Notes: generated by a model not told the origin, from the letters alone. Positions 1-11,320 are shown, counted from the whole stretch's first letter. The stretch is 63,251 nucleotides of DNA, filler included, from Asterionella formosa (GCA_002256025.1; 11 parts of 11 records of this genome joined end to end with filler, not necessarily neighbours in it); one strand, 5' to 3'. Program-made: numbers and translations.

Positions 1-1191
1 TTTACTAGGCCAAATAAACGAGTTAGCCCGGTAAAATCCACTATTTTCAGCATAGTTAAAAAACCGAAGTTCCTTTCTGCAGTTTCTCGCCAGATCCTAT
101 ATCCTGACGATATATAGCGTTGACCTATACCCCTACTTTGATAAATGACTGTATTTAAGCATGTGGAAAGGGTGTGTATTGGTGAAAGCTCCGTTTAGCG
201 ATATACATTTACGTTTTACTCGTAAGAAGTCTATGTTTGACTACTCTGACTTAATATAATTTTTTTAACCCTACCTCGAGCTAGGGGTTCAAATGCAGGA
301 ACCTTAAATTGTTTGTTTAAGCAAAATTACCGCTACTAGTTGTACCGATTTTTTAAATAACCTCTATTGGAGATTGAAAAGTACTGGTAGTACCTCGTAC
401 CAACAAACTGTAAACAAAGCAGTCAAGGAGAAAAGCAAAAGTAAATAACAGCGATTGATGATAACAGACTAGTTAGAGGTAGTTCTGTACAAGAAATGAA
501 CACAGTCTAGAACATCTTGATGAGAGTTAGTACTGATAACGAGGGACTTTCCTCAAGGTCGTTCTACAGTCGAAAAGTTGAGAGGGTCTAGGTCTAATGA
601 TTCATGAGGCCTAGATAGACATGGATGTTGCTAAGGAAGAGGATAAAATTTGGTACCAGATATGAACCCAGGTGATCCTTACCACTGAAACAAATGCATA
701 AGCTTGAATGTTTCAGACTAAACTTCATTTATATTAAGCTCACTACCAGTAGCAAAGAAGTTCAAAAACTATTTTCTACTTATTTCTACTGTCAGGGCAC
801 AACTGCTGGAGCAGCGTCGCAACTGAATATGACAAGGAGAATAAGCAGCACAAAGGACGAACAAATAAGGTCGAAACTCTTTGTGAAGTATGTAATGGTA
901 GGTAATTCGCCAAAATTAGAGTAGGTATAGTTTGAACCAAATATTGGAAACTTTCAGCATAGACTTAATGAAGATTGTTCTCAGACGATTTTATTAACTC
1001 AGTCTAGTTCGCTAAAATCATTCTCACCTCGTAAATTTCTAAACCAATTCTAATCTCATTTGATTTTAGTCAGGAGAATAGCTCATGACAATCCGATTGT
1101 AGAATGAAAGTGATGGATAAACATGCAACTTTGCAATTTGCCAGTGGAACCTTTATTTTCAACATTTAGCGGATATAGTTCATCTAGACTT

Positions 1192-4100
1192 TCATTCAAC
1201 CTTTCCTGCTTTCCATGGTTTTGCAATCTTCATGCATTTGGAGATTTTTTGGCGAGCTTCTGGTAAAGCACTTGAAATGGTAGAGTCATGTTGCTCGAGT
1301 CTTTTGAACTTTGGTTTTGCGCATAGTGAGGAAACTCCTGTGCTTTCCATAGCAAAGACTCTGCCCTCCTTTGCCAAGTCGAGAAGTCCCGCGAGAACAG
1401 ACTCTAGCGTACACAAGGCTCGTAGCTCCAACCAACTAGGTGAAACATCCTTCAATACGCACTGCTTTATTTCACGCAATACTTCGTGGCTGCCAGTCTC
1501 TTCACTTCCCATTACATAGAAAATTAAATCTTTCATTTCTGTTTTCAGTTTCTCCGGAAGCGTATTGAATACCATTTTGTGGGAAAAGGTAGCGCTGCAC
1601 AGGCCACTGGTATTCTTTGCCAATATCTCCTTCGCGCTTCCCCAGAGTTCCTTCCAATGGTTTGTTCGATTCATGACATCAAAGAAGGAAGGACGTTCTT
1701 TGTCCACCTCATCCTCAGACTTACTAGCTGACCCAGTGGCCATGTATACACTAGAACCGGCATACAAGACAACTGGATGGTGTTCATGTGAATGATTGAA
1801 TGGATGAGACGAGAACAATGACTCCGCTGCACGAATTCTCTCCGAGATCGGACGGTGGAGTTTCTTTCCATTCCCAAAAATAAGATTTCGGTATGATAAC
1901 TTTTTTCCTTTTGCATATCCAGTTATAGGAGCATTGATAGCATCAGTCTTCTCTTCTTCCGCTTTGCAGCATGCCGCAGACGGATCCCAAGTATTCATGT
2001 CGCAGTACCAAATATTAGGAAGGTCATCTGCCAAAATGTCGCGGGGAAGGCGGCGCCATTTCTCGCACTTCTCACACTGTACCCATTCTTCGTTTTCGGG
2101 ACCAGTCGACTTTCCTTCTTTCTTCCCTAGCTGCTCCTTTGGGGGGCGACCACGAGGCCGCTTTCCACTTATCGTTAAATGTACCGCAAAATGATCCACC
2201 TCGTCTCTGGGACGCTTGGCACCATGCTTTAAACGTTTGCTAGATTCAGACATAAAATGAGAACCAAGTTCCGAATCAATGGTAAGAGAATCATGTATTG
2301 AGCGCTCAACACAAACAGCTAACGGGGACGTGATGGCACTTTCATCATCATTTTCACGCTTGTTGCATAGAATTCTCTCGGGCAGTTTCGTCCTTTCGTT
2401 TGGGGGGCGCCCTACTTTCCTTTTCGGCTTTTCTTTCCCGCTACTTGCGTCAACAGATTCGCGTTCTTCGGTATTGGCTCGAATGTTGTTCAAGGATTTG
2501 AAGCGGGTACCTCGAGCCAACTTCCGCTCAGCCTTGCGCTTAGCTCTTGCTACTTCTTTCGGTGTCTGCTCTGCTGCCTGACAGCTGTTACGACGAGCGT
2601 CGAAAATATTCAGTTCGCAATACCACTTCGCTGGAAGGGCATTGACATCTACAGTTGGTGGCAAAATCCGCCATTTCGAGCAAGCATCACACTGCACCCA
2701 GTTATGATCGTATTCGTCTTCACTTGAATCGCAGCCGTCGCATATCTCGCGCAATTTTGTTCTGCAATGCACCTGCTTTGTCCCACCCACTAAAAGATCC
2801 GATTCTTCCGAAACAATATCAAATCCTAGGTCCCTAGTGTCGGACCGCATTTCTTTGCTTTGTTCACTTGATTTCGTTTCTTGTTTCGGGGAAAACAGAG
2901 TTGCCTGTGGCAATATCTCATCTGATTTGTTCGAAACGTGATCCAATTCCAGATCACTAAGATCGGTCCGTTTCATCTCAGTGGACTGGCCTTCATTCAA
3001 AGCCACTTTCTTCTCCTGGTTAGATCCTTTTGTCTCCAACACCAAATCACTAGGTGCTACCAATTCTAGATTCTTGGTATCGATCCGCAACTCCTTGTGG
3101 AGACCTTTGTTCATACTGACATCTTTTCGGCACTGCTGTCTTGCTTCTAGCACCAAGTCGTCGGGTTCTTCAGAAAATGGATCTAATTCCAGATTCATTA
3201 CAGAAGCCCGCTTTTCCAAACGTTGATCGTGCGTCGAGCTCGATTTCTTCTGGCACAGTTGCCTTGCGACTGGCAACAAATCATCCGATTTTCGGGGCAA
3301 TCGATCATTTTGGATCAGTATCGCCTTACGGCGACTGTTTTTCGAGTTCGCAATCTTGCTATCATAGAGCTGTCGCGCCTTAATTGCTGATTCACCCAAC
3401 TCCTTCGAAATGCAATTAGATTTCGGATTTGTTTCCTCGGTCTTCGACTTGCGCATATCTTTGGTCGAATTCGTTGCTATCACCTTCTGGTAAAGTTGCC
3501 GACTCTCGAGCATCAGATTGTCCGCTTCCTTCGACAGGCGATCCAATTCCAAATCCTTAGCAATCTTCCGCAGCTCCTTTCTCTGAGCTTTACTCAAGTT
3601 TGCTTTCTCGTTTCGATACAAATGATTCATTTTCTGAATGGCAATTCGACATTGCACTCGGCAGTTTCGAAGAAGTTGAAAAAGGATTGTATTGTAAATC
3701 GAAACGCATCCGTGATTGAAATCTAAGCCAGTATATCCATCCTGAATCTTTTTTTTCAGATCGGCCACTTGGTTGCGTCCATCAGATATTCCATTTCTTA
3801 GACGTTCCAAGTGTTCCTGGAAGAATACTGGTAGCTCCAAGAGCGACAAACCCCGGGTCATGTCGACAATATTCTCTAGCAAGTGCTTGACATTTCTATT
3901 GTCAGTTTGGACTTGAAGTGAATCAGTGGTAGGACTAGTAGCAGAAGGAGAATATATGTGACCATCGGGTGTTGACCATATGTACGGTGACAAATCTTGG
4001 GTTCCAACAGAGTCATCAAGCTGGCGATTCTCGGGGGTAGTATTAGGACTTGCGGTTGCACTTGTAAACGATGTCACGTCAGGAGAAAGTTGAGTACTTT

Positions 4101-4782
4101 CGTGTTCCCAGCGTTGACTCATGATAGACGGACTAGCATCTTGTTCTGAGTGTTGAACTCTTTCACAACAAGTTTGATCAATAATTTGGTCTAGTAGCAC
4201 GTTGACCGTCTTATCTGAAGGGGAACGAAGATCTGGTCGCATTGTTTCACGTGTTTCTGAACTTGTTTGTTGTTCAATCAAGTTTTGAACGCTTTCATCA
4301 GATGATAGATATGGCGAGGAATCGTCAGCTACTTGTGTTCTACCTGAACGTGATTTAGTAGGTCCTGGTCCTTTCTCATTGGTGTACCTTGTGTGCATGT
4401 CACCACTTGTTTGCAGGTCTACTTCCACCAAATCACAAGAATTACAATCCTTTCTTAAGGATAAGCATCGTTTGCATCGGCCCAGCATGTTGGATCGATC
4501 ACGAAGCTTATTGTCAAAAAAGTCGTGAAATTTCTCGTACTGCGGAGCCAATGCAACATACTCAATGGGAATCTTTGTTTCGCGTCCCCCCAGTGTGTAT
4601 CTGACGTCCAAGCAGCCACCGGAATCTCCCGTGGCATGTACTTTGGTGATCTTTCCAATTCCCCCTGGCTTGTTGATCCCAGGCCAAGTGCGGGCCTTAA
4701 CATTCACCATGCGGCCCACGGAGAAGGAGTTGTTATTGGCGTGGTCATCGCTTCGTTCAATACCTTTTAAAGTTGGCGCCAT
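1192..4782 (-). CDS. Chromatin-associated protein with two CW-type zinc fingers and AT-hook-like motifs
   Basis: 1196-aa intronless ORF. WVQCDACSKWR...KWYCELN...C and WVQCEKCEKWR...IWYCDMN...C match zf-CW. KRKVGRPP and KRPRGRPPK are AT-hook-like. Confidence 0.85.
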   Translation of the reverse strand: MAPTLKGIERSDDHANNNSFSVGRMVNVKARTWPGINKPGGIGKITKVHATGDSGGCLDVRYTLGGRETKIPIEYVALAPQYEKFHDFFDNKLRDRSNMLGRCKRCLSLRKDCNSCDLVEVDLQTSGDMHTRYTNEKGPGPTKSRSGRTQVADDSSPYLSSDESVQNLIEQQTSSETRETMRPDLRSPSDKTVNVLLDQIIDQTCCERVQHSEQDASPSIMSQRWEHESTQLSPDVTSFTSATASPNTTPENRQLDDSVGTQDLSPYIWSTPDGHIYSPSATSPTTDSLQVQTDNRNVKHLLENIVDMTRGLSLLELPVFFQEHLERLRNGISDGRNQVADLKKKIQDGYTGLDFNHGCVSIYNTILFQLLRNCRVQCRIAIQKMNHLYRNEKANLSKAQRKELRKIAKDLELDRLSKEADNLMLESRQLYQKVIATNSTKDMRKSKTEETNPKSNCISKELGESAIKARQLYDSKIANSKNSRRKAILIQNDRLPRKSDDLLPVARQLCQKKSSSTHDQRLEKRASVMNLELDPFSEEPDDLVLEARQQCRKDVSMNKGLHKELRIDTKNLELVAPSDLVLETKGSNQEKKVALNEGQSTEMKRTDLSDLELDHVSNKSDEILPQATLFSPKQETKSSEQSKEMRSDTRDLGFDIVSEESDLLVGGTKQVHCRTKLREICDGCDSSEDEYDHNWVQCDACSKWRILPPTVDVNALPAKWYCELNIFDARRNSCQAAEQTPKEVARAKRKAERKLARGTRFKSLNNIRANTEERESVDASSGKEKPKRKVGRPPNERTKLPERILCNKRENDDESAITSPLAVCVERSIHDSLTIDSELGSHFMSESSKRLKHGAKRPRDEVDHFAVHLTISGKRPRGRPPKEQLGKKEGKSTGPENEEWVQCEKCEKWRRLPRDILADDLPNIWYCDMNTWDPSAACCKAEEEKTDAINAPITGYAKGKKLSYRNLIFGNGKKLHRPISERIRAAESLFSSHPFNHSHEHHPVVLYAGSSVYMATGSASKSEDEVDKERPSFFDVMNRTNHWKELWGSAKEILAKNTSGLCSATFSHKMVFNTLPEKLKTEMKDLIFYVMGSEETGSHEVLREIKQCVLKDVSPSWLELRALCTLESVLAGLLDLAKEGRVFAMESTGVSSLCAKPKFKRLEQHDSTISSALPEARQKISKCMKIAKPWKAGKVE

Positions 4783-5614
4783 GTAGTTGTTCGTGTTGTA
4801 GTCAACCTCTCGAAACGAGCGGTACTTAATAAAGGGTACTCTGGTCTAGTTAGGAGTGGAACATCAAGCAAGGGGAGAGTTGCAAGAACAGAAGGGTGTC
4901 GAACGTATACCGGTGCACCTATAGTCTGTTACAACACAAAATGGCTGATCCGCTTATTGCCACAGAATGTTGCCGATTTGAATTAATAAAATTATGGCGC
5001 GCTATAAGGTCAGCTAAATAAATGTGGCGCGCCAACCTAATCTCTATTACAACCTTCACGTGGGACAGTACATAGCCATGTTATTTGTTGGTCCGACGTA
5101 CGTATGCAAGGCTAATGCAAACGAGGACATCAGTGCAGACGAGCACGATCAAACGTAAACGCTATTACGTCACATCAAAGTCCCGCAAGGAAAGCAGTTG
5201 TGATGGGTGGTTATTATCCAAGTGGCAGGAAGGGGTTAGCATATATTATTTTGGCTCAGATATAGTTATATCTCATTGTTTTGTGGATTTGACAGAATTG
5301 GACCATGGGAAGGCATTCTGAAAAAATACAATTTTTGCACAAACGTGTCTGAAAATGAACTAACAGTCAGCCAGGGAAATTCATGACTTTTCACACAATG
5401 CGAATTTTCTAGTCGCATACAGAACAAGCATGTATTATTGCATGTCTATATTAAGAGGCAAAATGACCTAATCAAGATTCTATAGATTTATGAACCATGA
5501 CAATTAGTGTTTACATGAAACTCAGAACAAAATTATACATTGCTGGCTGAGGTATTGGGCACACTCTGGCATTAAAAAATATTATACCATGTGTATTATA
5601 ACACAAATTGTTGT

Positions 5615-5937
5615 TGAGGTAATGGCTTAGTGGTTTAGCACGTTGTCTTTTATCTGAAGTTGGGTTCGACTCCCACACTCCTTACCGTCCCACACAGTCT
5701 TGCCTGGTGTACAATAAATAGTGGATTGCCCCCCAACACGCAGCTTGTGCTGCCTTCCTAGGCGGTCGGAGTTTTCCCTTATGATACGGCTAAGACGATC
5801 ACCTTTCGCGAAAGGTGGTTGGGGACTCACCTACGCTAACAAAACTAGGGAAACACAGGTCTTGTTGGCAGGTAGCACAATGACAGACTTGCCTAGAAAT
5901 AGGGGAGCACAAATGGGCTATAAAACATACTAACTTT
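5615..5937 (+). mobile_element. tRNA-derived SINE-like element, copy 1
   Basis: A box TGGCTTAGTGG (5623-5633) and B box GGTTCGACTCC (5663-5673). Flanked by a perfect 19-bp direct repeat TTATAACACAAATTGTTGT (5596-5614 and 5938-5956). Body is homologous to 6281-6545. Confidence 0.85.
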
Positions 5938-6190
5938 TTATAACACAAATTGTTGTACCAATATCCCAAAAATTTGGTCAACACAAACACACATTTTTTA
6001 CAATTATAAATAACAGTGTGTTAATATAGAAGTGGATGTCTAGGCATGAATAACTACAAACAATTTCCCATATTATTTCAAGACATGCTTGCCCATGCCG
6101 AAAATGGCTTGCTCTCACCAAAATAGGTATCGGTATGCATAAACATATACATATCAATCATCCTAAAGGGATATTAGATGTTCGTCAATT

Positions 6191-6556
6191 AAGGAATGGC
6201 ATACGGTAGTTGGTTGAGCACGTTGCCTTTGATCTGAGGTTGTGAGTTTCGATTCCCGCAATTTTTTTGAGAAGCAATTCTTGGGTTCGACTCCCACACT
6301 CCTTACCGTCCCGCACGGTCTTGCCTGGTGTGCAAGAAATAGTGGGTTGCCCTCCTACAAGCAGCTTGTGCTGCCTTCCTAGGCGGTCGGAGTTTCCCCT
6401 AACGCTGCGGCTAAGATGATCATCTTTCGTGAAGGGTGGTTGGGGACTCACTTACGCTAACAAAACTAGGGAAGACAGGACTTGTCGGCAGGCAGCACAA
6501 TGAATACTTGCCTTGAAAAAGGGGAGTAGGAATGGGCTATAAAACAAATTATCATT
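6191..6556 (+). mobile_element. tRNA-derived SINE-like element, copy 2
   Basis: tRNA-like head and the same body as copy 1. Flanked by a different 17-bp direct repeat TTAGATGTTC(G/A)TCAATT (6174-6190 and 6557-6573, one mismatch). Confidence 0.85.
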
Positions 6557-9500
6557 TTAGATGTTCATCAATTGTCTGCCACCATTTATGTTGTGATCAT
6601 GTCTTCTTGCTCACAATCCACCTGCAATACAATCTGAGTGGTTGCACTATCAATGTATGTGCAGTGTCTGTACTGGTTGCCGACAATAAAGCAAAATGAA
6701 GAAACTGAGTGCATTTTTTTATTCTATAAATTAGTTTGTTAGCTTTAATATTGCTACATTGTCATCAAGTGCCTCATGAAAGTGTCTTGCCACATCACTT
6801 GGACTGGCTGCATAATTGCGCCTGACAGGCCCCCATAAGTTTCATGTCCTTGCTCCTTGACCGTGGTATATGCTTTTCGCAAGTGTGTAATGGCTTCTCC
6901 ATGCATACATTCCCTCCTTGTACTTGACTCCCCAATAGCACCATTTAGGATATACTCTAACACAGAGTTTGAAATGTCGGGTTTGTCTCCAAGTTTCAAT
7001 AAATTCTTTCTCTCAACATCATCATGGTCCACAATGATTTGTTTTGCTGCCTCAAATTTCAGTGTCTCGTATTGTCCATTACCTTTGTTACCAGTGCTTG
7101 ATTTTCCAAATTTTGAGTCGAATCCGCATGGTGTCCAATAGTCGTGCACGATACATTTCCTTGTGTCGTGTCTTGCATAATGGCTGTCCTGAACCGTATG
7201 AATCTCCCAGTACTGTGTTCCCTAGTGCCATGGCTTGTTTGAAGTGTTTCTTCGCCTCATGGCATCATCGTCATCATCAGAAGATGAGAGTCAAGCCGAC
7301 ATGGTCAGTGACCAACAATTGTGAAATCATGGAACTCATGTATATAGTGCACAAGAGGCGGCAAATCACAAAAGAGGACGCATCGCTATGAAACTGAAAC
7401 TTTTATAAATTAGTGTTAAATTTACAGCTGATTTCAGATAAATAATCTAAAATATCTCGATTATGAGAGCACAACGATGTTATAATGAATCAAATCGCCA
7501 AATAATTTGTGTTTTAATACACACATGATATGATAATCCCATTTTTTACATTTTGAGATGTTGCGACCTCGCCAAGATTTCTATTGCTCAAGTTTCCTCA
7601 TCAATTGGTGATTTATAAAGAATATAGAAATAATTATCTCATAGAAGTTATCAAGCAAGCTAGCAGTCACAGCAGACTCAACAATGTCTCGTTTTATTAT
7701 TAGTATAATTTGAACTGGTACCAGTAGTCCTACATAAGGATATGAAACCATGCAAAGGTTGAGACGCACAACATACTGGTACCAGCCAGTAATTGCCTGG
7801 TATATCTACTCTAGCTACTAAACTACTGTCCATAGAGCTGTACAGACCATCTTCACATAGTATCGTAAGTACAACATGCATGCGTTGAGCATTGTCTAGT
7901 AGGTATGACATTATATTTCAGGCAGCAAGTACCAGTATATCATGAAACCAACCCTGATAAACTGTCAATTTCAATGAAAATACAAAAATTGTAAACACGA
8001 ATTCCCTGGACTAGCTCATTGTGCATGTCGGACACTTTCGTGCAAAAGTGTTATGGACCAAGGCATTCCCGCTGCCAGGGCCAACATTCGCTATGTGGAT
8101 GTGGTTGCTTTCCACGAGCCCCTCTACAAGCTCCTCTCTGGCAATACACACCAACAACCAGCCAGCTCCACTCAAGGAACAACTAGATACTATACTAGCT
8201 ATCTTTACCACCAACAAGATCGCCACGGCAGCATGTCTAAGGTTAGGTCAGAACAGTGCGAACTACTATTTTGAGTCCTCAAAGTCATTACCCATCTGTG
8301 TATATTACCCCGTTTTTGGACTAAAATTAGAAAAGTCCTCAGCCAACCCCAATTAACACCCTTTTAATAGAGGTCGACTAATGCATGCAAGTACGAGATA
8401 AATGAATCATTTTAACAATTGGAAGTATATATCTTATGATATCGAACTTTTTAAGTCGTTCATAGTGGTCTTATTTTATGGTAAACAGTTTGCAAATAAT
8501 ACCTGGTTTTCCGTATTTTCTCCGATTTTTTGTGTCAACTGACGTCGATTTTTGTGCGAACACATAAACTACGCTTCCATAACCACAACTTCATCCTCGT
8601 CATCCTCTTCAGCTGAGGCTGCTGGTGACAGTATGGGACTGGTGCATCGCCACGTCCCATTGTATCAACATACCTAGTAAGCATTAGTTGTTTTGTTGCA
8701 TGTCATGCATGGCTGGTGCCATTATTTTGTACCTCAACACCATTTTTTTTGTTTGCGCCACCGTCCATTTTTGTGGCTGTTTGTTAAGCGCTCTGATCGC
8801 TTGCACCTTGTTCAATGTTGCTGTTTATTCCATAACTTTCTTATTCGCTTTCTCACTCGCCTCTGCCCTATTTTTCCTCCTAGTCATATCGTCCAGTGCT
8901 TCCGTTCTTCAGTTTAAAGCATTCAGCCACCACATGAAGTCCTGCCATATACCTTTTATTTTGCGCGATCGCCAATAGCGCCGACTGGCGAGCCATCTGA
9001 TCAAGGTTGATGCCAACCACTTGCTTGTGGTTCTGGAGGACGTTTCATGGTCTCAATGGCAGCACGTTTTTCGTTTGTATTCCTCCCCCCCCCCCCTTTC
9101 TCACCGGTAAGTTGTGTTTGTTGTGTCTCATGCTGTTCCGGTCTATTGGCTAGATTATTGTTTCTCACACTACTGTTTTTGTCTACATTACATGCAACTG
9201 GTGTCAAAGTAGAGGATACAGTAGTGGTGGCTCTGGTTCCAAAGGTAAGTGTACTGCTAGTTTCAATTTGTTCTGCTGGGGAACAATCCAATGGCACTAT
9301 AGAATTTAAACCCCCTACTAGTATTAGATCTTTGTTGTCATTATTTAATTTCTTCAAAGGGTAGTACTTCACCATGTCTTTTGTTTAACATGTCTTTTTG
9401 TTTTCACCGTGTCTTTTGTTAGCCACGTTATTGTGCCAACTTTGTCTGCTACTAATCTAGCAAGCAATAGCACCATTTGGTAAAAGAGCTCCTCCATTGT

Positions 9501-9894
9501 TAGCCTTTGTAGCTTCTAGTTCTCTGACATTATTGTTTAGAACAAGCTTTACTAAATTCTTATCTAGAGTCTTACAAATAATTGTGTACTTGCTCGAGGT
9601 TTGGTACTTCTTCGATTCATTATACTAAGTTGTAAGATCCGAAGATATGATGAAAATATGGTTGTATTGTGATGGTCGCCAGAGCATTTCAGGATGCATG
9701 TATGTCAGTACAAAATCACTTAAAAATGTATGGTTCCAATTACCCGAAGTGTGCATGTTTAAATTGGGATGTCGCACACATTCGTGCCATTATAATAATA
9801 AACTGAAGAAAAGCGTTAAAGGAAACTACCAGTTTATATAAATTTGGAGTATACTACCGGTACCTGGTACCCTGGTACGAGTATTGACAGAGTT

Positions 9895-10090
9895 CGAACT
9901 AAGAGACCTTAAAAGACCGCAAAAGATCTCAAGTTCGTAAAAGACCGCAAATGCCGGAGACGAACACACAAAAGTCGCAAAAGAACGGAACTCCCAGATG
10001 TGCGACATTTTCCTGCGTTCGTCTCCGGATTTCTGCATTCTTTTGCGAACTTTGCGTTCTTTTGCGAGCTTCGCGTCCTTGGTGTTATAT
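9895..10090. repeat. Imperfect foldback (palindromic) element, MITE-like
   Basis: CCGGAGACGAAC (~9954) is the reverse complement of GTTCGTCTCCGG (~10017). Repeated CGCAAAAGA-type units on the left are mirrored by TCTTTTGCG units on the right. Confidence 0.6.
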
Positions 10091-10645
10091 TCGGAAAACG
10101 TTATACGAGGTCGATTTTAGATAAAACACAGTTTTTGTCTATGCCTTTTCGTAATTCTGAGTTTTCATCAACTCCTTGTTTGAGAACTTTCACATCGCTC
10201 GTGCTGTACACCGGAGGAAAAGCAAGAATGAACAACAAATGGTACCTGGTACCGTACTCCTACCTGGCAACACTGCATACGCTGAGTGAACGATGTTTAC
10301 AATCTTGGCCTGATTCGTCCAAGCATTTTTGCATTCGTGCGTCTGGACATAACAGTAGTATAAACGATAAACTGTATACAAAATCTGGATATCACGGTGC
10401 ATGGGTCCCTGGTAACAGGAACCAGGGGTACCGGGGTACTCTACCTGGTATACATAAAGCACAAAACGAAACCATCAAAGCCTCAATACATGCATCATGA
10501 TCATCACATAAAATAGAACATCTCCTGTCGATTTTCTTCCAAACACGCGAGTAAGACAAGCTTTGTTCTCTTGTAGAATTCTATTCTTCTACCAAGGTAC
10601 AGGTACGACAGCATCAGCATCTATCAGCTGCAAGGCGAATCCTTC

Positions 10646-11320
10646 ATGGCAAAAAAGAAACGGCCAGTCTTCCTTCCCCTGATCGGGGATTCCATCGAAT
10701 ATGGTGATGGTGCTCCCAGGATGCTTTGGAAGTTAAAAGAGATCTCTGAAGCGTCACTGGGTTTAATTCGAGATGCAAATTGCCTGACGAATCATCTGAT
10801 GAAGCAAGAACTTGTCTCCACAAAGCTTCTTGTTTACGTTCAAGTTGGTGAATGCTCGTTAAAGCCGGTTGCCTCAGCTCCTCTCTTTGAGGAAACTCCT
10901 CGTTCAGTTAAGAAAATTAGAGTTTCTGGAGGATGGCATCCTTCGAGCATTGAATTGGTTCATGAGACTGATATCAAGAACTTTGCTTCAGAGTATGAAA
11001 TGCTTCTGTTTTCTCAAATGATCATGAAATCTACTGCTGACACTCCAACCTTCTGTTGCCGTCTTTGCCATGGAAATGAGGTGTTTGAATGTTGCTATGA
11101 TAACTCCGCCTCCGATCATGTGCCAGGCATCGATAATCACTTAACGAATTCTTGCTCCAAGAGTCCAAGCTGGCTCAAACATCGAATTTCGAAGATCCGG
11201 GGAACTAAAGCGAAGGGTGGTACTAGTGACAATGTTGGGTATTCCAGGCTACTCAGGAAGCGTATGATCGCGCATCGCGCCTATAAGTCCAAATTAAATA
11301 CCCCCGCCCTTCAGCCATGA
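10646..11320 (+). CDS. Hypothetical protein with a putative Zn-binding module (CxxC ... H ... C)
   Basis: 224-aa ORF with ATG start in a GC-richer island. FCCRLCH ... HLTNSCSKSP resembles a Cys/His module common in diatom hypothetical proteins. Confidence 0.6.
   Translation: MAKKKRPVFLPLIGDSIEYGDGAPRMLWKLKEISEASLGLIRDANCLTNHLMKQELVSTKLLVYVQVGECSLKPVASAPLFEETPRSVKKIRVSGGWHPSSIELVHETDIKNFASEYEMLLFSQMIMKSTADTPTFCCRLCHGNEVFECCYDNSASDHVPGIDNHLTNSCSKSPSWLKHRISKIRGTKAKGGTSDNVGYSRLLRKRMIAHRAYKSKLNTPALQP

Noticed and set aside
5618..5680. Functional tRNA gene
   Set aside because: A and B boxes are present, but there is no complete cloverleaf or acceptor stem, and it continues into a repeat body bounded by TSDs.
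6397..6403. Telomerase RNA template CCCTAAC
   Set aside because: Not conserved in copy 1, and the element behaves as a TSD-flanked repeat.
6366..6466. HDV-like ribozyme (GCC-TTCCTA-GGC ... GCTAA)
   Set aside because: A P3/L3-like motif and GCTAA exist, but convincing P1 and P2 pairings could not be built by eye.
6754..7149. 131-aa ORF as a gene
   Set aside because: Non-ATG start, no recognisable motif, and broken flanking frames; probably a repeat remnant.
8600..9560. Protein-coding gene
   Set aside because: Fragmented frames with stops. Possibly a transposase tail, but no catalytic motif could be identified.
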